A stretch of DNA of 62,086 nucleotides, filler included, from Diploschistes diacapsis (lineage: Eukaryota): assembly GCA_023645945.1 (NCBI GenBank). It is 6 parts of 6 records of this genome, joined end to end, with 100 filler letters (N's around TTAATTAATTAA, not from the genome) between each part and the next. Parts side by side here need not be neighbours in the genome. Positions count along the whole stretch, not along the records: positions 20,750 to 31,020 come from JALAIB010000944.1; positions 31,121 to 41,385 come from JALAIB010000945.1; 4 more parts are not named here. One strand, written 5' to 3'. The translations under genes were made by a program, and so were the position numbers. This document shows, in pieces, positions 23,558 through 37,411 of the stretch; the stretch's first letter is position 1; every line of letters begins with the position of its first letter. The notes under the pieces are model-generated. The model was not told where the DNA came from and made no database searches. It saw nothing but the letters and a program-made list of their open reading frames with translations.

Positions 23558-26132
23558 TGGACTGGATGGAGGGTCCGAGCAGGGTGGGCGGTAGGAGATA
23601 TTGTATTTGAGAGCGACGACGACGACGTGCACTGCCTGTCGTACACGCTACTGGACCTGGCAAGAACGTGCTATTCCCGCCATAGAATGTGTTCGAGCTT
23701 TGCGCTTTGTTCCGGATTTTCGGCCAGAAGATGTTGGACAAGAGTTGATGGCTAGAGGTTGGTGGGGGGGAGGGAAGGGGGGGGATTTAGAATCCCAAGG
23801 GGATGTGATAAGGCGCTCAATATCAACGATCGAGTCTCGAGGTGGTCCTGTCAGATACTGAGGTCCTATTAAAGAATGCGATGAACAACTGGCAAGCGTA
23901 TGATTGAGAAGGTTCGGATAGTTTCCAACAGCGAGGATCACATCAACTTGTATAATGACTACTACTTACTTGCTTGCTTGCTTACTTACTTACTACTACG
24001 GCAGATCTTTACAGACCAAAACGACAGGATCTAAGACGACAAGACTGCATCAAACGAGGAACGACCCAATGGTAGCGGGACAAAGGCGTTTGCGTGCATT
24101 TTTGGAAGGGAAAGAAAAAAAATGGGTGTGATTCGCTCGCCGGTGTACGTACAACACTATTTATTACCCACAGACTCACAGTACAGAACCTCCGTCCTGT
24201 GCGCTACTGGTTCAATTACCAAGAAAAACATGTTGATTATTTGATATTTAAGCCTACTTCCATATATGGGCAAGTGAATAAAAAAAAGGCAGCTTCTTAT
24301 TGAGATTTGCAGTCAAAAACTTCGATCGCCGGGTGATTTAGTGAGCACACAGAAGATCCCTATAGAATCGGCTTGGCATGGGCTCAGCTTAGTCACCGAG
24401 AAATTCCCCAATAAGTTAGATTATCTGTTATGTCTTATTATATCTATTATATCCGTTATATCCGTTTACCTCCCACACATCATTATCATATCTATGACGC
24501 TCACTTTCGCTCGGTTGCAGAGTAAGTAATTACACTGCTGATGGCTGTCCTGTCTGGCTGTTAGCTTGCTTGAGTTTTGAGCCTGCAAACTACGGAACAA
24601 CAGCAATTACAAGCTAACCATTGGATACGGTTGGAGGCTACTCCATCCCATACGGGTCAAACCAACGATTCATCCCCCCAAAAAAGTATGCCCTGCATAC
24701 CCAGCGTACCTATTATTGCAGATGCACGAGGCAGACAGCTGATCAGCCTTACCAGTCCCAAATCATTGTTGGAAACAAAGTGATATCACTAAGGATTATT
24801 TTGCACACAAAACCCACCTTTTCCGCCACAATAGGCCCATACAAAGGAGAGAGATAAAGCAGTCGAACAAGGTGTCTGTCTGGTGCGCAAATTATTCCTT
24901 AATATCGCCTGATCAACGTTCGCCTCAGTCCAAGCCACTCCACTCCCCTTGAGACATTTTGGGCTCTGAGGCATAAAGAGGTACCAACCGGACGGCCATC
25001 TCGTGTTTGTGTCCTTCCCAAGCGTTTCTCTTTTGGCACCTCTATCCCGAGGGAAGTCGCACGCACACAGCGCACACCGCCTGCAAGGCAGCAGCACTTC
25101 TTGGCTTCGTATACAAGAAGTCGCTCTCTTATTACGAGCCCATAATAGCGACGGTCACTAGTTCCCAGTGCCTTTCATGCCGCCATCAACTCACGGACAT
25201 TGCGTTTTTTCCACACCTATGCACCGTAGTAGCAGAAAATAAATACATTCAGCCATATCTAACCCTCCCGAGCTCAAGCTTGTATCTGCTCAATCGTATG
25301 CTCCATTAATAATACTGCTGCCACAATAGAAAAGAAGGGGATAGAAAAACTACCAAGGTAGGGTTGCTTGAGCGGATGTGGTATGGAGGGGCAGGGAGTT
25401 AATGCAAGTGAACGCAAGCGAGCTTACGAGTCCATCACCAATCCAGACTGTTGAGTTAATGAGAAAGGGGACTAGTTCGTTATCTTTTGAGTTGATGTTA
25501 ATCCATTCTATTCACCGAATTTTCTTTTGAGTTATCCATCGATCCGTTGCCTTCTTGGTATCAACCCGTCCCTCTCCCAGCACCCTCGTACCGAATCGTC
25601 GACCATATCAATCCATCACAACCGCACCGAGTACAAGAATGCCTCCCCAACCAAGACCGGGTTCGCAAGGGCGCCCGTAAGCAGCCCCCAGAAAGTCAGA
25701 GGCTAGCTCCGCTCTTTGATAGCATCCACCATAGGCTCGCTGTGATGGCAGACTGGAACCTGAAGGATAAAAAAAAAAAAAGGGGAGATAAGGTAGAGGT
25801 TGGCTATAGGTTAGTGCTTCGACCCATACCTCCCCTGAAGGCTTTGGGATGTTGGATTCTGCCTGATTTCCCTTCAGCCTCGGCTTGAGATTAAAGAGGA
25901 AATCATACGACCAACAGAAGAAAGAGGCGCGAACTCGTATTAGACATTCTGCAAAAAAAAACGAAACACTGGAAAAAGTGGAAGAAGGCCGTAAGAGCTC
26001 AGGCCAAGACATAGTCCGGAACCAAAGCTCGGTCGTCGTTACGAGTTGTCGTGAGGTCCACCAAGGATGGCAGAGTGTCCAAGATCGACTTGAAACAAGA
26101 AAGTATTCAATACCCTTCGCCAGAAGCCCAGC

Positions 26133-27800
26133 TCAGAAGACCATGCTTCGGCGCTTCTCGGCACTGGTCAAGATTGCCAAATTAGATTTGCGCTTGTTCT
26201 CATCCTTGGCAGGCTCGGCCTTTACTTCCATTAGCTTGCCACCAACGGAGGATCCATCCTCGCTGCTAACGCTGGACGCGGTGTAGCTGTCAACAGATCC
26301 TCGCTCCCTGGAGCGTTCTTTCAGCGAAGCACGTTCGGAGCCGATAGCGGCAACAGGCGATGGGCGGAGACTGCCGAGGCTAGGCTTGCCGGAGAGACTT
26401 GCACTTCCGCTGCGGACACTCTCAGTGTCGGACGATACAGAGAAATTAATCTCATGTTCGCTGGTGGGAGTTCCAAAATCATCCATCGAACCAGTGCCAC
26501 GGGAAGCACCACGACGCTCGATGCCAGCGCGCACAAGATTATTGACTGCACGACGTCGCTGACGGGTAGCGAAATTCTTGCTGCCCTCGCACTTGGAGGT
26601 GGGTTTGGCGATAAGTTCCTCCAAGGCCGGAGGTCCACGCGGCTGTCGGATCGGATGCTCTCCCTCGCGCGCCTGGCCCGGACCAAATGTACCAGTCATG
26701 GGAGTCGCAGGGAAACCCGCGGATTTCAAACCACCCGTTTTTGGCCCGTCCGTTGTGGGTGTCAGGGCTGTGTTGGCCAGCGAAAGGTTACCCTTTCGAT
26801 GGCTTGGGCGAAAAGCATTTGCCGACGGCGGTGGTAGCGGGGTTGGCGCTTCTTGCGGTGGGGAGGTGCTTATCTTCGGAGGTGTTTGAGTGCGCCAGCT
26901 AGTCATGGGCGCGGGCGAAAGAGTTTCACGGGGCGGAGACACCTCTGCGCGGAACGTAGGCGTGGGCGGTGGAGGCGAATGGCTCAGCTCAAAGTTCTGT
27001 GCGTAGCTTTGTTCGTTGATTGGCTGCTGCTGACTGCCTTGGTCGAAGAAGTAGTTTTGCTGACGAGTCAGAGGGTTGTAGACAACAAAAAGTCCTGGCT
27101 GGCCGGCAACGGCTTCCACGATTGGCTGAACACCTTGCTGCAGCTGCTGATTGTACACACTCGTTAACGGAGACATGGCGTTTTGGCTGTACTGTAAGTG
27201 GTGTTGTCCAAGGCCGAGATTTTGGAATTGCTTGGCGGCAGCTGTAACGTTGATGAGCTGCTGTTGGAGACGAAGTTGTTGCTCGGCCAGGTATTGATTT
27301 GTTCGAACCAAATCCTCGTACATCTCGGGATCCATCGTGTACTCGTTCTCGTCCCCAATCTCGATTTTGGGCGGGGCAAGCACTTGGCTGGGAGTATACA
27401 TGTGCCCGCCACGACTTGCCTTGCCCTGATTCTGTGAGTTGCTCGTGAATGATCCGTTGGCTGTAGTTTTGGGAGGCTCCTGCAAGTATTGGCCGTTCGT
27501 GTTGCCAAAGCGAGAGCCGCCAAAGCCACCGGGTTGCTGCAGCTGAGTTGGGGGTGCAGATGCGGGCACGGCAGGCGACTTGGGCGCCGTCCTCAAGCCA
27601 GCGAGAAGGTGGGAGCGGCTGGTCCTAGGAGCAGGCTGAGTCTCGTCGATGGTTCCCATTTTGGGAGCTGTGGTCACGCTGAGACGCTTCACGTTAGCAG
27701 CCTTCCCACGAGAAGCGAAGCCAGCAGTAGGAAGGCCGAGACCACCGTTGAAAGAGTTGTTGTACGTCATTTGAGCTAGACCGCCAGCGTCAAGGCTCAT
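26133..27800 (-). CDS. Intrinsically disordered fungal protein with Gln-rich coiled coil, function unknown
   Basis: ~555-aa ORF with SRSHLLAGLRTAPK, a Q-rich segment and HPIRQPRGPP...KNFATRQRRRA, which resemble a conserved Pezizomycotina hypothetical protein. Confidence 0.85.
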   Translation of the reverse strand: MSLDAGGLAQMTYNNSFNGGLGLPTAGFASRGKAANVKRLSVTTAPKMGTIDETQPAPRTSRSHLLAGLRTAPKSPAVPASAPPTQLQQPGGFGGSRFGNTNGQYLQEPPKTTANGSFTSNSQNQGKASRGGHMYTPSQVLAPPKIEIGDENEYTMDPEMYEDLVRTNQYLAEQQLRLQQQLINVTAAAKQFQNLGLGQHHLQYSQNAMSPLTSVYNQQLQQGVQPIVEAVAGQPGLFVVYNPLTRQQNYFFDQGSQQQPINEQSYAQNFELSHSPPPPTPTFRAEVSPPRETLSPAPMTSWRTQTPPKISTSPPQEAPTPLPPPSANAFRPSHRKGNLSLANTALTPTTDGPKTGGLKSAGFPATPMTGTFGPGQAREGEHPIRQPRGPPALEELIAKPTSKCEGSKNFATRQRRRAVNNLVRAGIERRGASRGTGSMDDFGTPTSEHEINFSVSSDTESVRSGSASLSGKPSLGSLRPSPVAAIGSERASLKERSRERGSVDSYTASSVSSEDGSSVGGKLMEVKAEPAKDENKRKSNLAILTSAEKRRSMVF

Positions 27801-28640
27801 TTTGAAAGAGTGTACTGAGAGAAAGTATCCTTGGCTCACGGAGGCTGAATGAATAGAGGTTTGGTTTTCGAAACCAAATAGTTTTGTAACAAGAAGCTAG
27901 TAGAGGTTGCTCGGTCAAAGAAGTGAGTGTATAGATCGAAGGAGGGTCCAAGCTGGGGTTAATGCTGGGACCACTTTGAAGGTTGTCGGGTTGGGTGAGA
28001 ATAGCGAATTCGAAAGAATGACCAGGTGGGTAGTGCTGTCCACTGACAATCCGAGATTAGTCACGCTTCAAATTCGGGTAGGGTTAATGCCTAATAGCTG
28101 TATCCGAAAGACCAAACGAACCTTTTTGACAGATTCACTTCGACAGATCCTTTCCAGCCGTATGTTCGACGAGCAAATGAACCAAAATTAAAGCTTTTAG
28201 ACGTGCAGTATTAAAGAGCAGGAAATAAGATCCAAGCAGGCTGTTGTTGTGGTTGTTGTTGTTTCTGTTGTGAAGAAAGGTATTAGGTACGACGCGATGG
28301 CCTAACAAAGAAAGAACCGGAGGTTTGCGCTGCCAGCCACGGGCAACGTCCTGATTATGGCTTCGAAGAGCGGTTTTGTGTATCCAAAGTCGATGGTTTT
28401 ATGATAATGGTGCGGACAGATATCCTCTTCTTCAGCTTCGAGTAATGGAGTTTTCTGAGTTGCAAAGTCGTCTGATTCTACCTCGTGTAAAGAAGGGTGG
28501 TGGTAGAAAGGAAGGACAGGCTCCGGCAAGGGGAGAAGGAATGGTGGGTAGGAAGTTTGTCGACTCAAGAGAAGAAGAGAGGCTCGAACCTTGACCGAGG
28601 ATGAATTAAAGGAGCTGAGGGAAGGGGAGGAGGGGAGGAA

Positions 28641-28690
28641 GGATGAAGAAGATGAAGATGAGGATGAAGAAGATGAAGATGAAGATGAAG
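28641..28690. repeat. (GAAGAT)n-like microsatellite
   Basis: GATGAAGAAGATGAAGATGAGGATGAAGAAGATGAAGATGAAGATGAAG upstream of the 27800 gene. Confidence 0.8.
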
Positions 28691-31020
28691 ACAGGATGCT
28701 GGATGCTGGGAAGAATGGGAACAAGGTGAGACGGTGAGGTGAGGTGAGGTACGGCTACTTGGTGATTGGGGGTAGAAAGGGAAGAACCGCGAGTTGTAAG
28801 GAAGGATTCCGGGTGCTGGTGCTGGCACCAATCAAAGGCGGGGAGCAAGGCCAGGCACCGCCAATGATTCAAGCTTGTTTTTTATTTTTTATTTTTTATT
28901 TATTATTTATTTATTATGTATGGGCGACCTGGAGCTGGGAAGTGGTGGTGATACCAAAAAGGAAAAAAAACTCGACGATGCCTGTCAGGGCCCATCTCCT
29001 TTGCTTCATCAGCCCTGAGCCAGTTTTTTACTGCTCGGCAACACAAGACTTCTAACTCTAACTCTAGCTCTGCTTGGCATGGAGGCTTCTTGCTTGACCT
29101 TTTTTTTGCCTCCTGCGCTGTTTCCCCTCCCAAGCTCCAAGTGCCAAGTTCCCCCCCCCCCCCTGGCCCCATAATCGTCTCCATTTTTTCTCTGCAGGGG
29201 CACGGAACTAAAGAACTAAAGAACACCACCAACGCCAACGGGGGTAGAATTGAGAGATTCATGGAGGAGGACAGCCATCACAAGATGTGTATAGCCAATC
29301 GAGGCTTAGATCGCAACGCTGAACCTTTCTTGGTTCCATGCCAACCAACACTTCTAGTTTTGCTTCCAATGAAAGGCAGCGTACAGAGTATGCCTGTTGG
29401 ACTTCTGGCTCCTGAGTGGCCACAGAAGTGTAGCATTTCCCCCGCAGCTTTGCAGCCCAATGCATATATGGAGTATACACGTGCAATCTTGAAAGCAGCG
29501 GTGAAGAAAACCTTCACCTGCAGTCTTCCCTACCCCTACACCATTTAGGGCATTATACAAATAGATCATTGACGGATGGTCTGGAGATTCTTGGCAAGTA
29601 AGCACGCAAGCATAACGAATTTCATGCTGGTTAAGCGCCCGGAATTGCTGCACGCAAAAGCCAAAAAGCCCTCCGGTTCTTTCCCAAATCCCATCCGAAG
29701 TGCTCCCGAGGCTGTCATGACCTCTTCTTTCCTACCTTCACCCCTGATTGGTAATTAATATGTTTAATCGCCAGAAGCGCATGCTTTTGTTGCAGCACCT
29801 TCCAAAGCAGAACGGAAGAGCCTCAACCTACGGCTCCGTCTGCAGGTTGCAGCCAAAGAACCCTGCAGATTGCTAACTTAAACGTGCTGGACGAACCGAC
29901 ACGATTAACACCCGTTCTAGGCCTCCCGCTGCAACCACCAGCCGTTACAGCATTCAAGAACGAACTCTTGCATATTCAGAGTTACTTACGTTTCATCGGG
30001 CTCGATTTAGTTGAGACGTGTTCTATTTTTGGTCAAGCGAAATGGGAATGCAACTTGTGCTGCGTTGCTCAAACACCAAATATCCCCTTACGGCACACCA
30101 AAAGCTTGATCAAGGCACCGTTGCTGTGACAGTCTCACAGAATCATAATTATCGGCTTATCCACCCTCAACGACTCCTCAAACCCTATAACTCGGGCTTC
30201 CTGCTTCTCTCCCCAGGTCTTCCTTTTCTGCATCGGGCCTGTTCCTCTGGCAGTCTACAACACCGAAAGCACAGTGCCCCCTCTCTCCCGCTTCATACTT
30301 CCTGGACACGGAGTTCGAAACAACAGCAGACAGAGACAGCCGGAGTATCCTGAAACGGCTCTAGCGATGGTCAGACAGACGGGAGACGGCATGCGGCTGT
30401 GCCAAGCCCTCTCTATGAGAGATGGGCTGAGTTGGGCGCTGCACAGCCACTATCCTCTGGTCTCCCTGCTTCAACTCTCTTCCTATACCTAACATCGTAA
30501 AATCCTCCATGCTAGTGGGATGTTCCTATGTAATTGGGACACACCCTTCCTTATCTTTACCTCGGTCAAACTGAGTCGACTTCCGAGAGCTCTTCGGGCT
30601 CCGTCGGACCCCTAACGCTTGTGAAAAGGCATGGTCCACAGAGCTTGGCTGGATTCGCCTCGTGCTTGTCCTGGGTTGACGCACACCCTAGGTTTACGCA
30701 TCGAGGCTGTTCTATCAAGAGTAGGGGAAGATCCGGCGCTGGCTGCTCTTCGCTCCAGGCGGCGCGGGTTGTTTATACCGGCGCCTGTGCTGGGAGAGAA
30801 TGGTAAAAAACGTAGGTTGGAGTACCATGTACCCAACACTCTCATCTAGACCATCTTTGATGCTGCTACTTTCTGTCGCTACTCGCTCGAACCTACTTCC
30901 TCTCCTCTTCATTCACCACCAAGGTCTGCAATACAGAAGCAGAGACAAGGCTGGCACTGCTTGAGAAACGCCGACCTCCGCCCCACTGGCAGCTATAGAA
31001 GATGTCAGAAAGGGGGGGGG

Positions 31021-31120
31021 NNNNNNNNNNNNNNNNNNNNNNNNNNNNNNNNNNNNNNNNNNNNTTAATTAATTAANNNNNNNNNNNNNNNNNNNNNNNN
31101 NNNNNNNNNNNNNNNNNNNN
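31021..31120. other. Artificial assembly linker / gap
   Basis: N44-TTAATTAATTAA-N44. Confidence 0.98.
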
Positions 31121-31431
31121 CCCCCCAATTGATCCTTCACCATCCTCTCCACCTCCGTCCCGCCAAAACCCTCCCCTAACCTCCTCCGACACGGCACGCC
31201 CCTCGTCACCAGATACTGCTTCTCCTTGGGCAGATAGCTCACGGCCTTGGCGGGCGCACCCGCAGCAGACCATGACCACGAGGGGAATTTGTACACGAGG
31301 TAGTCGCCCGCTTGCAGAAATTCCTCGGGCGTGATCTGTCCCGTCTTGCGGAACGTGGAAGTGTGTGTGACGGGGGCGAAGCGGTCGCGCAGGGCGTCGA
31401 GGGCGGAGCGGAGTGGGGGCAGAGACTGCAT
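31121..31431 (-). CDS. ATG3: Autophagy E2-like conjugating enzyme Atg3, N-terminal part (truncated by contig end)
   Basis: [41 protein letters not shown]...[19 protein letters not shown] is the characteristic Atg3 N-terminus. Confidence 0.95.
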
Positions 31432-32628
31432 TCTTTTTTTCTTTCTCTTCTCTCGGTTGCTAATTAGGGGTGTTCGTTGAGGGAAAGGTGCTGCGGGATA
31501 TAGTAAGGTAGCTCGTGGACGGTGGCGCTTGGTTTCACAGTCTTGCGCAGGGTCTTGGATGGCGCTTGGTGCCCTTTGCAGGGTATTGAAAGCCTGCGCA
31601 AGGCGGTAGTCTTGGATGTTTGTGCGCTGGGCGCCGTCGAGGGTTTGTGCTGATATGGGGTAACTTTGCGGTTGTTTCGCTCGATGCACACAGTAGAGCT
31701 TAGGCAGGTTATGACAAGATATCCCGAGAGGCTGATAGGAAAATGTACCTTCACAGAAAAGTAATGGTAGAAAATATGTTTGAGTCAAAAGCGAAGGGTT
31801 ATTGTTACCTAGCAATATCGTTTGCGCGAATCCGTGCCAAGACCGCGTGCGGCCCTGGATCACGCACTCGATGTCAGCTTGTTTCCACCGCCTTCTATCT
31901 TTCCACGTGATAGGGGGGGAGCTAGCTTTGCATCTGCTACAGCTTGAGAGAAGCAAGATATTTGCAACTTTCGAATTATCATTCATTATGCATCTCCTAT
32001 CAAAACATAAATAACCCCTCAGTAGAGGCCGCTGCTGGTTGCTACTTGCTCGGCGCGCGGTCTTTTGCATGCTGCCACCCTCTTCCTATCTGGATTAATC
32101 CACCAGCTCACCACAACTCATCCGCTTTTTTCTCCTTGTTGCCACCGTTATTATAGGTCCAACAAAGAAAGCCCTCCTAAAAGGCCACGCCTCTTATGCT
32201 CTGTGACCGATTTCATCAGACTTGACCTGCCCACGCAAGCTATGCATCAAGATTATTTCACCCTGGCCTGCTCTAAATTAGGCCGAGAGGGCTTCGCTTG
32301 TGGGAGAAACGCCGGAAATATCAGGAAAAGTAAAGACGAAGTAATAGTACAAGTATGGCGGTTGATGGATCGCAGTCGCTGCTGAAGACTTTCGGTCAGG
32401 AGGGTTATCATTCGTATTTTGCAGGGCTCGAGAACAGAGTCCCAACATGGAGGCCATCAATCAAGTCCAAGAAGAATGGGTGAGTTATGGGTATCTAGTG
32501 GGATCGCGCGGTGGTGGTGGTGATGATGATGATTGCTGTACATTAGTCGTGAAATCGTTTACTGAAGGTTGTGGGAGATGAAAACGCAGAAAGCGGATGA
32601 AGTACAGCGGTAACCTCTAATTTAAGGC

Positions 32629-34212
32629 TTAATCCGGGTTACGCACCTATGAAGCAAATCAGCAAAATCTTTGGATAACGGTATAATATGCACCTACATG
32701 GAGAACTGGCCGCGAGTAGTCACGGTCGTCGCGGAAACTTGTTATGCTAGTGTGGCTGGCGTTGGCATTCTCAATGTTGAACAGAACGCGAGGATCGAGA
32801 CGTTGATCACGCACGAGTGGCATGCTTGCGCGCCGCGACATCGAAGCAGGTGTGTTCTCGCCGGTGTTCTTGTCGTTCGAGTCTCCACGCCGCATTCCTC
32901 CCAAGCCCGCAGTTGCGAGCGTTAGTTTGCTGCTCCTCTTCTCACCACCATACGGGACTTGTGTGACCGAAGTGTTGTCGCCGTCCGAAGTTGATCTTAT
33001 CGCCATGGACTCGTGCGACCTTGCCCGTCGAACTAGAAGAAAGAGGATAATGCCAATTAGTGCGGCGATGACCACCGCTACCGCCGTGAATGTCCCTGCA
33101 ACCTTTTCAGTGTCGTTCCAAAAGTTATCTGGCGCCGCGGCGTTGACGGTGGCCACTTGCGTCTGGGCAGGTGGAGGAACAGTTGGGGTAACGATCACGG
33201 TTTTGATACTGCCCAGAACAGTTGTGACGACGGCGGAGGGCGTCGGAGACCATGATGACGAGGGCGGAGCTTGTGCGGTGGATGGCGACGGGGAGGGTGA
33301 AGATGTTGTTCGGAGTGTAGTTGAAGGCGAAGGCGAACCTGAGCTTGAAGACGCTGTGATTTGCTGTTGCGGAATCTGCAAGACGGGTCAGAGATAGTCG
33401 AGACTGAGAATTTCGAAGAAGAAGAAGAAGACGAGAGTTGGGCTAATGATCTAAGATGGGTGGCATACGCTGGATAGAATTATGGAGACCGAGACAGAAG
33501 GGTTGGGGGGATTGGAGACCGTGGCCTGCACGGTAACAGTAGGAGCAGGAGGAGGAAGAGGAGGTGTAAATGATTCCTGCAGGGAATGGTTATTAAGAAA
33601 ATAAAAAAGAACAACATATGGATGCGAGACATTTGATGGATGGACTAGTGGTTCGTGCAGTGGAGGAGCGTGTTGATGGATAGAAGGATGTGAATACTTA
33701 CATGAGGTGGATCAGATGGCGCTGCTGATGGCACGGCGGATGGGGCCGCCGTTGGAGATGCTGAAGGCGCTGCCGAAGCTGCCGCGCCAGCAGTGCCCGA
33801 AGGCTGGATTTTGCTTAGAGCGTAGTATCCAAATAGACCCTCTCCTATATTGCCGCATTGCTCGGCGGGAAAGCCAGGACATTGCGTATTGCAGGAGCCA
33901 GTGTCAACCTGATCGGCAGGCGCGTAATCGGAGCACCAGCAATCGGTGGCTTGAAGAACTGCGTATGCATACTGATCCTGGCAGGAAGTCTGACAGGCGC
34001 CGTTTGATTGATATTGGTTGAAGACTGTGGCATGTTAGTCATTCACAACAGGTGTCGAAAGTTTTTTTCGTACCTGGACTCGAGTCACTGCCAGTATTCT
34101 GATGTGAGCAAAAGGCAATTGATAGTCCTTGAGTTGTGACAGCTAACAAAGCCAAATAGATGAGGATTAATGAGGTGATTTGCTTTGAGATCCCCAATGC
34201 TTGGAAGGCCAT
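32629..34212 (-). CDS. WSC-domain cell wall integrity sensor, multi-exon
   Basis: Signal peptide from ATG 34212; WSC domain YQSNGACQTSCQDQYAYAVLQATDCWCSDYAP...CNTQCPGFPAEQCG; Ser/Thr-rich stalk; TM segment VAGTFTAVAVVIAALIGIILFLLV; cytoplasmic DQRLDP and C-terminal DYSRPVLH|VRNPD*. Confidence 0.92.
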
Positions 34213-36445
34213 AGTTCAAGTGTCTTTGAAGTCTCTCCGGCCAGTGAGCAAGTCAAAGTCGCAAGCATGCGTTAGGACTGGGTTGAAGATTCGTTGAGGT
34301 ATGGAGCGCTCGGTCCGGTCGGTCGTGATGTTAGTGCGTTTAAGGTTCTTGCTCTTTCAGGTTTCGTGTTGCGAGCAAATGTACTCATTCGGCGGAGCAA
34401 CGAGGTTGACAACGGAAATGCCGGGTTCAGATTATCGTTCGACCCGTTTTGCAGAATGTTGACAATGGTCCTAGAGAACAACTGGGCCTCGATCGATAGA
34501 ATGGGCTCTGTGTTCTCCTGTCCTGCTCCTCGACTGCTAACCTTACTCCGCACTACCTGATACCCACCACCGTCAACAGCTGATGTTACCGTAAGAAATG
34601 CATCCGACAGCACCGAAGCAGCCAAGATTACGGCGCTAGACGGTACTGAAAGAAGAATGAGAAAGAGAGCGAAAAGGAAAAAGCTAGTAAAGAGCAAACA
34701 CCCGGAAGTGCCAAAGTAGAAGCTCCAGATCAGCACTGAAAGGAAAAGGAAAAGGAAGAGGAAGGAAAAGAGGGAAGGTGTGAGTGAAGTTGGTGCAGAG
34801 AGATGCGAGATAGAAAATAATTCTGTGCGACAAAAGGGCATTATTACATTACTCATTACTCGTACAGAGTAGGGGAAAAAGGCAGTGAGTTACTTAGTTT
34901 AGCTCCATCGAAGATTTGGCGCTGGCTCACAGTTAGTAGCGCAACAGCTTACAGCATCCAAGCTTTTTACTGATTTGTTTCCATAGGTCAGACTATAATT
35001 CCAGCATGCACCTGCGTCTTCGAATTTCCTGTCTTTAATATTACAATTCTTCAAATCCTGGACGCGGCGTTGGGCATTTCTCGTATTATTGAGGGGATCC
35101 GACGCAAGTCACCAAGGATGGAAGCCTCCAGTATCTAGGCTATCCTGTTTTCTGATAACTAACATAGACGAAAACATTCCAGCAATAATAATAATATGTA
35201 TGACCTCAACCTACCCCCAGTTCGTTCACACGAATTCCTTCTTTTACTTCACAAGCTCGCTTCAGTTATCAATTACTATGACACCGCGTACAATTCTTTT
35301 CCTTTTTCTTTTTCTATGATGCACCCCGTCATCGTTACGCTCGCCTCGGTAATGGCCACGGTGACAAGGTAATTCACATTAATGGTTGTTGAAAGAATGC
35401 TGATCTCACAACCACCATCTCGCTTGTTTGTTGTCTCTGGTTATCCAATTGTTTGCCCTCAAGATGCGGAGCTCGCGCGCAAGTCCCGGATCTTGGCTGC
35501 TCAACCGCCCACCACCAACAAAATTCACACACCCCCTCTCCGGCCCCCCACAGCAGAGGACCTGCATCAGCGGTGGGGGTACCGAGCTCGCCGGACCTAC
35601 TCGCAAGTAATGACTGTAGCGAAATACTCTGTTCAAAATCGATGCATCGTCTCGAATCCTTTGCAATTGCCTTCAAGATTGCTGAGGGTTCTTCAACACG
35701 CCCAGTTAGTACAGATCCCGTTTACGGACCCAGTTGATGCCTGAAAACATGTCATCAGCCCCAAAGCGGCAATGTACGACTACTAATCTCCCCAATCGGG
35801 ACGAAGGGCTCACACTACTACTCACTACTAAACTTGGGCGATTCTAATTTTCTAATTGCGGGAAAGGCAAGTGAGCCAGTGAGCCAATGAGCTAACGAGC
35901 CCCAGCCCCTGAGTGATCGGACGAGACCTCGCTCTTGGTCGGTCATCAACTCATCGATTAGTGGGCAACACTGTCGGCTTCTTTGTTTATCTTACAAGTG
36001 GAATCCGAGAGTCCGAAAATATCCGCTCCTTTATTCTGAAACGTGTTTGGAATGTCGCCAATATGCCGTCTCATGGTAACGGACGGCGCCTCGTGATGCG
36101 GGTAATACGGAGGTAATTGCGCGTGAGTAATAATAATGCTGAGCTTCAGTTTCCCTGATGACTATAACATGACTAAGCTTGCGAGAGCTCGTAAGGCTGA
36201 AAAGGGCCTTTATCAAGTCAATTCTTTGCAGTTCTACGATATTCAAGTATCCTTGTTTTAACACTTTTCATTGTATTAACTTAGGTTGGTCTATGCTCGC
36301 GAGTTGACAAGGGGACCAGTATAGAACATTCCCACAGCGGTAGTCTTGAAGTATAGTCACCGCACCGTATACGTGCATCAATTTACCTATTTATCATCGC
36401 TCTTGCCCACCCAAAAAACTCTCTCATACAAAGCTTCCCAAGAAC

Positions 36446-37411
36446 ATGGCCCCCGTGTCCTCCCTCACTACACTATCAAATCCCTTAGTTACCGTTGAGC
36501 AGCTCGAATCTACTGCCTCTCAGGAGGATGGAGTACAAGTCGACCTTGAAAGGACGCTACGCTATCATGGTGCTCTCTTAACTCAGTCGGCGGGGATACT
36601 CCTTAAGCTGCCCCAAGAAATCGTTGCACAGGCCATTATGACCTTTGAACGCTTCTATGTTGGGTCTGAGGGTGGAAGCTTTTTGGAGACTTCGCTCAAA
36701 GTATTTTGTTCATAGCGGAACACGTTGAAACAAGCTAAGCACTCTTTACAGGACGTGTCTGCAGCTTCGCTCTACTTGACGGCGAAGCTGTCGTTCCAGC
36801 CGCAGACAACGCGGGCTCTGCTGAATGTTTATGCTTGCCTGACATCCGAGATATTTTCTCTCGACATGAATCCGTTCAATGTACCCTCGTCGAAACCGCA
36901 AGATCTTTCATCCTACACTCTTAGCGAGGGTGAGTATCTGACAGCTCGCCAACAGCTTCTGCACTGCGAGTCCCTGATTCTTCGTACGCTCTCATACACT
37001 ACGCATGCGGTACTGCCGCATTCGCTTGCCCTTACCTATCTGCAAACACTTGGACTGCTGCCATCCAATCCAACAAAAGCCTCTCATGATCTGGCCGCGC
37101 GGACAATAGCCATTCTGAACTCGGCTCTGCTGTCGCCCCAATTACTGTATCTCACCCATCAGCCCAATGCGCTCGCAACAGCTGCTATCTATCTGGCTGC
37201 TCGGCAGTGCGGTGTCAAGCTTGCCGAGGGCCAGTGGTGGTGCGTGTGGGACATCGACCGGGAGGAGCTTGGCTTCTTGGTGATGAGCTTAGGAAGCTTG
37301 CAAGGCTTTGCGGCACAAGAGAATGAATATTGGAGAGACCGAAGAGTCCCTATGACTGCGGGAGAGGTGAAGACCGAGGTAGCCAAGCTGAACAACCAAG
37401 AACCGAAATGA
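36446..37411 (+). CDS. Cyclin L-like cyclin-box protein (2 exons; intron ~36701-36751)
   Basis: ERTLRYHGALLTQSAGILLKLPQEIVAQAIMTFERFY; VSAASLYLTAKL; ESLILRTLSY; HQPNALATAAIYLAAR. Confidence 0.88.

Noticed and set aside
28302..28872. Poly-Ser, His-Leu and Phe-Ile ORFs
   Set aside because: Translations of a (GAAGAT)n microsatellite in an intergenic/5' region.
31431..32070. Long N-terminal extension of Atg3 in the 333-aa ORF call
   Set aside because: Atg3 similarity starts at MQSLPP (31431); the upstream part is most likely open 5' UTR/promoter sequence.
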